From NCBI GenBank assembly GCA_963805855.1, contig CAWDVW010000006.1, forward strand, positions 96,001 to 160,000: DNA of 64,000 nucleotides. The letters run 5' to 3'. Of this stretch, positions 59,561 through 64,000 are shown in pieces; the first letter of the stretch is position 1; every line of letters begins with the position of its first letter. A model generated the notes under the pieces. It did not search any database, was not told the DNA's origin, and saw nothing but the letters and a program-made list of their open reading frames with translations. Made by a program: the position numbers and the translations under genes. This DNA is from Candidatus Dadabacteria bacterium. GTDB taxonomy: Bacteria; Desulfobacterota_D; UBA1144; Nemesobacterales; CSP1-2.

Positions 59561-60936
59561 TACGTAAAAGAAAATCGTTATTGTTATTTTTTTTAGGGAC
59601 GTTTGCCTTTCTGGTCGGGGCTAGGTACATAGTAGCATTTCCAAAAATTTCTCATCCGTTAAATTCGACCACGGATAGTGTCATATGGAACGTCGGATTG
59701 AACCGGCCATTTTTACAGAGGGGTTCGAATAGTGAGGTTTTGCTAAACTTAAAAATAAAGGGGCAGGAATTTAGCTCCCACCAAAGGGCTCCTGTAAATC
59801 TTGTTCTTGTTATTGATAGAAGTGGTTCGATGAGTGATAGTGGAAAGCTGGAGTATGCTAAAGACGCAGCGAAAACTATTATTTCAGGACTGGCAAGCAA
59901 AGATCGACTATCAGTTGTTGCATATTCTACTGGGGTTCAGCTGCTATATCCTATTCAGTATTTAAGGGATAAAGAAAGAGCTATATCAGTAGTTGATTCC
60001 CTGTATCCCACTGATTCGACAAACCTATCTGGAGGGTTGATCATGGGGATTGATCAGTTAAGGTCGCTTGAGAGCAGCGATTACATTAACCGGGTAATTT
60101 TACTCTCAGATGGATTGGCGAATGTTGGTATAACAAGCGCAGCCGAACTCAGTCGCGTCGCCAGTCAGGCGGCTGAAAGAGGGATCCATGTAACTACTAT
60201 GGGACTTGGATTACACTATGATGAAAACCTTATGATGAACCTGGCTGAACACGGTGCGGGAAACTACTACTTTATTGAGTCTCCAACACAGCTCGCAGGC
60301 ATTTTCAAAAAGGAATTCGGTCAAATGCTTGCAACAGTGGCAAAGGATTCCGTGATAAATCTTTCTCTATCCCCTGAGGTTGAGCTTAAAGAAATTTTTG
60401 GATACACACACACAACAAAAGATGGTTTTATTCAGATCAATTTGGGCGATCTGTACAGCGGACAGGAAAGAAACATCTTGATTAAATTGAATGCACCGAC
60501 AGGTAGCATAGGAAAACATCAGCTTGTTAACGCTTCATTAGAGTTTACCGACATATTGAACAATAACCACAATGTCAAATTAGAGAAGAAACTTGCCTAT
60601 CAAGTAACAGAGGATAAAACCAAGGTAATGGCTAACGAGGATAAAAAGATTTCTGCCAGGGGTTCTTCAGTAAATGCAGCGTACGACCTCTACCGAGCCA
60701 CCACTGAATACGAAAAGGGAAATAGAAGGGATGCTCTAAGTAGAGTCAAAAGGGCATTACAGAGTGTAGTTGAAATTAATAACTCTCCTCAAAAGAGCGA
60801 TGATACAGTGAAGCAGGAAGAGGTTCTTAGAGGTGCAATGGAAGTTCTTGCAGACGAAGCTCTAGCTCCAGGTACACCATCAGGAAAGAAGATAATAAAG
60901 GAATACAAAGCAGAGTCGAGAGAACAGCAGAAATAG
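59557..60936 (+). CDS. Exported/membrane-anchored vWA domain protein (YfbK-like)
   Basis: N-terminal TM/signal, MIDAS LVIDRSGSM, TNLSGGL, ILLSDGLANVG; ATGA overlap with the pspA-like gene. Confidence 0.88.
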   Translation: MIRKRKSLLLFFLGTFAFLVGARYIVAFPKISHPLNSTTDSVIWNVGLNRPFLQRGSNSEVLLNLKIKGQEFSSHQRAPVNLVLVIDRSGSMSDSGKLEYAKDAAKTIISGLASKDRLSVVAYSTGVQLLYPIQYLRDKERAISVVDSLYPTDSTNLSGGLIMGIDQLRSLESSDYINRVILLSDGLANVGITSAAELSRVASQAAERGIHVTTMGLGLHYDENLMMNLAEHGAGNYYFIESPTQLAGIFKKEFGQMLATVAKDSVINLSLSPEVELKEIFGYTHTTKDGFIQINLGDLYSGQERNILIKLNAPTGSIGKHQLVNASLEFTDILNNNHNVKLEKKLAYQVTEDKTKVMANEDKKISARGSSVNAAYDLYRATTEYEKGNRRDALSRVKRALQSVVEINNSPQKSDDTVKQEEVLRGAMEVLADEALAPGTPSGKKIIKEYKAESREQQK

Positions 60937-61005
60937 TGTTGTTAGTTATCCATAATGTAGAGTGGTTTTTTCGATTGTCACGGTGAAAAGTTCATGGTTT
61001 CTTGG

Positions 61006-61087
61006 GATAGGCGGGGTTTTCCAACCCCGCTTTTCCTTATATCAGAATTTAGTCTTGAAAATACGGGGCTGGAAAGTACCGTCTATC
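61006..61087. repeat. Inverted REP pair (GATAG-type)
   Basis: GATAGGCGGGGTTTTCCAACCCCG ... CGGGGCTGGAAAGTACCGTCTATC. Confidence 0.65.
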
Positions 61088-61210
61088 CATCGTGAGTTAC
61101 GGTGAGTAGATCAATTAGAAAAATGTATTGGGACAAGGGTAAATATTCGTTAGCTAGCTACTTACCGATCATAATTATTAGTTAATAGCAAGCTATGTGG
61201 AGCGCAATTT

Positions 61211-61810
61211 ATGAAAAATAAACTAAAATCTTTTTTGGTTCCAATGATTATCGGTGGACTGTGGGGAGTTGTTATCTATCTTGTTTCTTCGCTAATTTTT
61301 TCTACTTTCCCTATTGCTTCTTCTCTTTTCTTTCCAGTTCTTTTTGGGGGTATTGCTGGAATTTTTTCGATTTGCGTCAGGACTGGGATTTCTGTCGAAA
61401 GAGCTATAATCGTTGGATTGTTGGCAGGGTCTATCTATAATCTACTTTCTCCGATTTTTCCTTTATTTGCATCAATTTTAGTTGGTGCCTGTATAGGAGC
61501 AGGTTTAGGAAGGGGTTCAGGAAAAATTTTTAAGCTTCTAGATACATTGGTAAGAGCGATGAAGGGGGTCTTACTGTTCCCGATATTGATTTTTTTTGGG
61601 AATTTAGTTTCACAGTTTGGTTTCAGTATTTTTAATTCTAGTACTGTTGTTTGGTTTATTTGGGGATTTTTACTTTTTTTTGCAATCTATGTAACTTGTG
61701 CTCCATTTTTAGATAGCTGTAGATCAGAGGGAGATCGAGATACCTATATTATGTTAGATGAAATTAAAAGAGAAAGTCAGGGAATACTTGAGGAAATGCG
61801 TCGCTTGTGA
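61211..61810 (+). CDS. Hypothetical multi-pass membrane protein
   Basis: About six Gly-rich hydrophobic helices. Confidence 0.75.
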   Translation: MKNKLKSFLVPMIIGGLWGVVIYLVSSLIFSTFPIASSLFFPVLFGGIAGIFSICVRTGISVERAIIVGLLAGSIYNLLSPIFPLFASILVGACIGAGLGRGSGKIFKLLDTLVRAMKGVLLFPILIFFGNLVSQFGFSIFNSSTVVWFIWGFLLFFAIYVTCAPFLDSCRSEGDRDTYIMLDEIKRESQGILEEMRRL

Positions 61811-61896
61811 AATACCTATTAATAAATAAAATTGCGGTTGACATTACTCATTTTCTTTTAAATGGTGTAAAATAAGGGCAAGAAGGAGGAAAATTC

Positions 61897-62346
61897 ATGA
61901 GAAAGTTGTATGTGTTAGCAATACTTTTGATAATTACTTCTTTTGCCTTATCTGCGAAACAAACCCAATCCCAAATGGGATATGAACCTGAGACCGGCAC
62001 AACAGCAAAAGAAAGGGAGAGAATTAAAAGAGACGTACAGGAAGTTATAAAAGAAAAAATGCCCGAGGTAAAACAAAATCCACAAAGATTATATTGTGCG
62101 GCATTATGGAATGCTTATTATGAGAAAGAAGGTTTGGAAATCCAGGTATTGACGCGAGGAGTGCACGATGAAGTCGTGGTATTTAGGTGTCCTGACTGCA
62201 GTTTGGAGAAAGAATTTGTAGATACCTTTTTAGTTTCGGAGTATCAAGGCAAAACCGGGATGGAGAGAATAAAAGAATGCGGGTTTTTAGTGGCGATCTT
62301 TAAAGGGGGGAGGGGAATACAGGAGATCATTAAACAAGTTCAGTGA
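61897..62346 (+). CDS. Secreted hypothetical protein
   Basis: AGGAGG RBS, signal peptide, 4 Cys including CPDC. Confidence 0.75.
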   Translation: MRKLYVLAILLIITSFALSAKQTQSQMGYEPETGTTAKERERIKRDVQEVIKEKMPEVKQNPQRLYCAALWNAYYEKEGLEIQVLTRGVHDEVVVFRCPDCSLEKEFVDTFLVSEYQGKTGMERIKECGFLVAIFKGGRGIQEIIKQVQ

Positions 62347-62733
62347 GTTTGGGGATACATGTTATTAGATCTGCTCTTTTGTTCGTGTAGGGGAAATCTC
62401 AATAGAAGAGGAAATGGTTCGAGCGTCGGTTTTAAGACCTCGCTGATGCATAGTTAATAGAGATCATTCGAAATTGCGGTATTCATTTTTTTCAATTCTC
62501 CGTGTCAACAATATAAAGATAATTAAAGATAAACCAACTGAATGATCTTTTTGGCTAATCTGTTTAGACTTTTTGGATTTTGACCTATAACTTATAACAT
62601 AAATACGATGAAGAGTAATGTGACTTTTTCCACGTATCATGACGCAATTATAGCCTGAAAGAATGATGATTTATGCGGATGGATTCATCGTTGGTTTGAT
62701 CTGTAACTCTCTATTAGCAGGGAGGCTATTTTA

Positions 62734-62964
62734 TTGAGTAAACCAGTGACTTTTCCTTTCGGTTGGATCAGAGACCTGGACGGTGAGAATTGGCAGCTCT
62801 TGTGGAATCCTGAGACGGGTATTTTTTTTGCAAAAGGGGCGATTTCAAAAAGGGTAATCAATTTAGGGGAGTCATCTAACTGGGTTGATGCAAAAGCCTT
62901 AGCCGATAAGGTTCAAAATGAAGCACAGATATATAGTCAAATATTGATCAATGAAAGCCCTTAG
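62734..62964 (+). CDS. Small hypothetical protein
   Basis: GGAGG RBS before the TTG start; globular-looking 76 aa. Confidence 0.6.
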   Translation: MSKPVTFPFGWIRDLDGENWQLLWNPETGIFFAKGAISKRVINLGESSNWVDAKALADKVQNEAQIYSQILINESP

Positions 62965-63204
62965 ATTCATTCTTAGCTATCCTTTGCACTTTTTCTATCA
63001 TACAATAACCAAGCTGATGATAATACTGTATCGACAGTTAATAGCGAAGACAGGCTTAGAATCTGGCTTATTTTCTGATATAACGTTGCCAACAATATAT
63101 TGGCCATTTAAATAAGTATTTAAATTTCATGTGTCTTTCTGGTTTGATATAAAAATCTTTCGTATTTTTTGTTGTTCTGGAATATATTATTTTTGGATCA
63201 TGAT

Positions 63205-64000
63205 ATGAAGTTCATGGAGCAAGAACTAATCTCTATCCCCTATGACGGGGGTAAAATAGATGCACTGCTTTACCGCAGCACGGCTGAAATGCAGGGATCC
63301 GAGAAAGAGCCAATAGTTGTTCACATCCATGGCTTCCTGGGTAATTTTTTAGATGGGAGCCAGCGCTTCTTACCGCCGATCCTTGCTAGGGCTGGTTTTT
63401 CTTCAATATCTGTCAATACGAGAATGGCGAATTTTGGCCTATTTTTTGGTTACGGACTGCTTGATGATACCATACCCCAAATAGATCGAGTTGTAATATA
63501 TTTAAAGGAACTTGGTTACACCAAAATCATCTTATCGGGATATAGTCTCGGGACCAGCATTGTTCTTAGATACGCTTCTATAAGAAATGATCCATCAATA
63601 TACCCTTCTTTAAAAGGTGTTGTCTCACTTGCAACACCTTACTCTATGCCTAATTCAATCCGTCGTCGTTGGGATAGATGGGGTAGTAAGCCTGCATATC
63701 AACAAGTGTATGAGGAGGCTAAAGAGATACTGAAGCCTGATCCATACCATTCGACTGAGGACCGTACTATTCTCATATATAGGGCGAGAGGGGATTCATA
63801 CAGGCCCGAGCATACAGAGATCTATACTTACAAGACTTGGTGGTTTCTAGCTGGACCGGAAGCCGAAACTGCTCAAGCATATAAGAAAATGGAGAGGATA
63901 AAGATCCCAATACTTCTAATTCAAGGCTGGTATGACGACGTAGTTAACCCGCAAGAGTGCTATGATTTGGCCCGCGTTGCCCTGAACGCGGGAAACGAAG
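63205..64000 (+). CDS. Alpha/beta hydrolase, runs off the window end
   Basis: Translated by hand from ATG 63205: VVHIHGFLGNF oxyanion region, GYSLG nucleophile elbow, IPILLIQG..DDVV; no stop before 64000. Confidence 0.85.
   Translation, partial: MKFMEQELISIPYDGGKIDALLYRSTAEMQGSEKEPIVVHIHGFLGNFLDGSQRFLPPILARAGFSSISVNTRMANFGLFFGYGLLDDTIPQIDRVVIYLKELGYTKIILSGYSLGTSIVLRYASIRNDPSIYPSLKGVVSLATPYSMPNSIRRRWDRWGSKPAYQQVYEEAKEILKPDPYHSTEDRTILIYRARGDSYRPEHTEIYTYKTWWFLAGPEAETAQAYKKMERIKIPILLIQGWYDDVVNPQECYDLARVALNAGNE

Noticed and set aside
62405-62455. Fluoride-riboswitch-like GGAAATGG...GCTGATG segment
   Set aside because: The pseudoknot pairing and the conserved spacing are not satisfied, and no fluoride-related gene follows.

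Overview
64 kb of a bacterial chromosome of moderate-to-low GC. Gene content looks like a diderm deltaproteobacterial-type lineage, which is inference only. Housekeeping blocks: ptsH/ptsI, hisD/hisC, lnt/lgt, tolB, rplU/rpmA, rlmN/alaS, rpoH, ihfB/def/rpmB, tpiA/secG/fdx/nth. Two accessory regions follow tRNA-Arg(TCG) (about 4.7-22.9 kb) and tRNA-Asn(GTT) (about 40-48.4 kb). No CRISPR array, integrase or intact transposase was seen. Highlights: (1) a candidate sigma-54 regulon with two matching tandem-palindrome enhancers, one driving an unannotated ~110-nt sRNA with a CU-rich anti-SD-like tract; (2) a single-chain diheme-b plus pentaheme-c membrane cytochrome; (3) an ECF sigma/anti-sigma pair whose promoter motif recurs before a PspA-vWA operon; (4) a three-copy nested non-autonomous mobile element; (5) a squash-inhibitor-like knottin ORF next to a Cas4-like/DEDD dual nuclease; (6) a frameshifted ptsH; (7) HisC with tandem ClpX-type zinc fingers; (8) a duplicated CX4CH cytochrome lipoprotein beside a PAS-LuxR regulator; (9) an unannotated CcmD-like small ORF.
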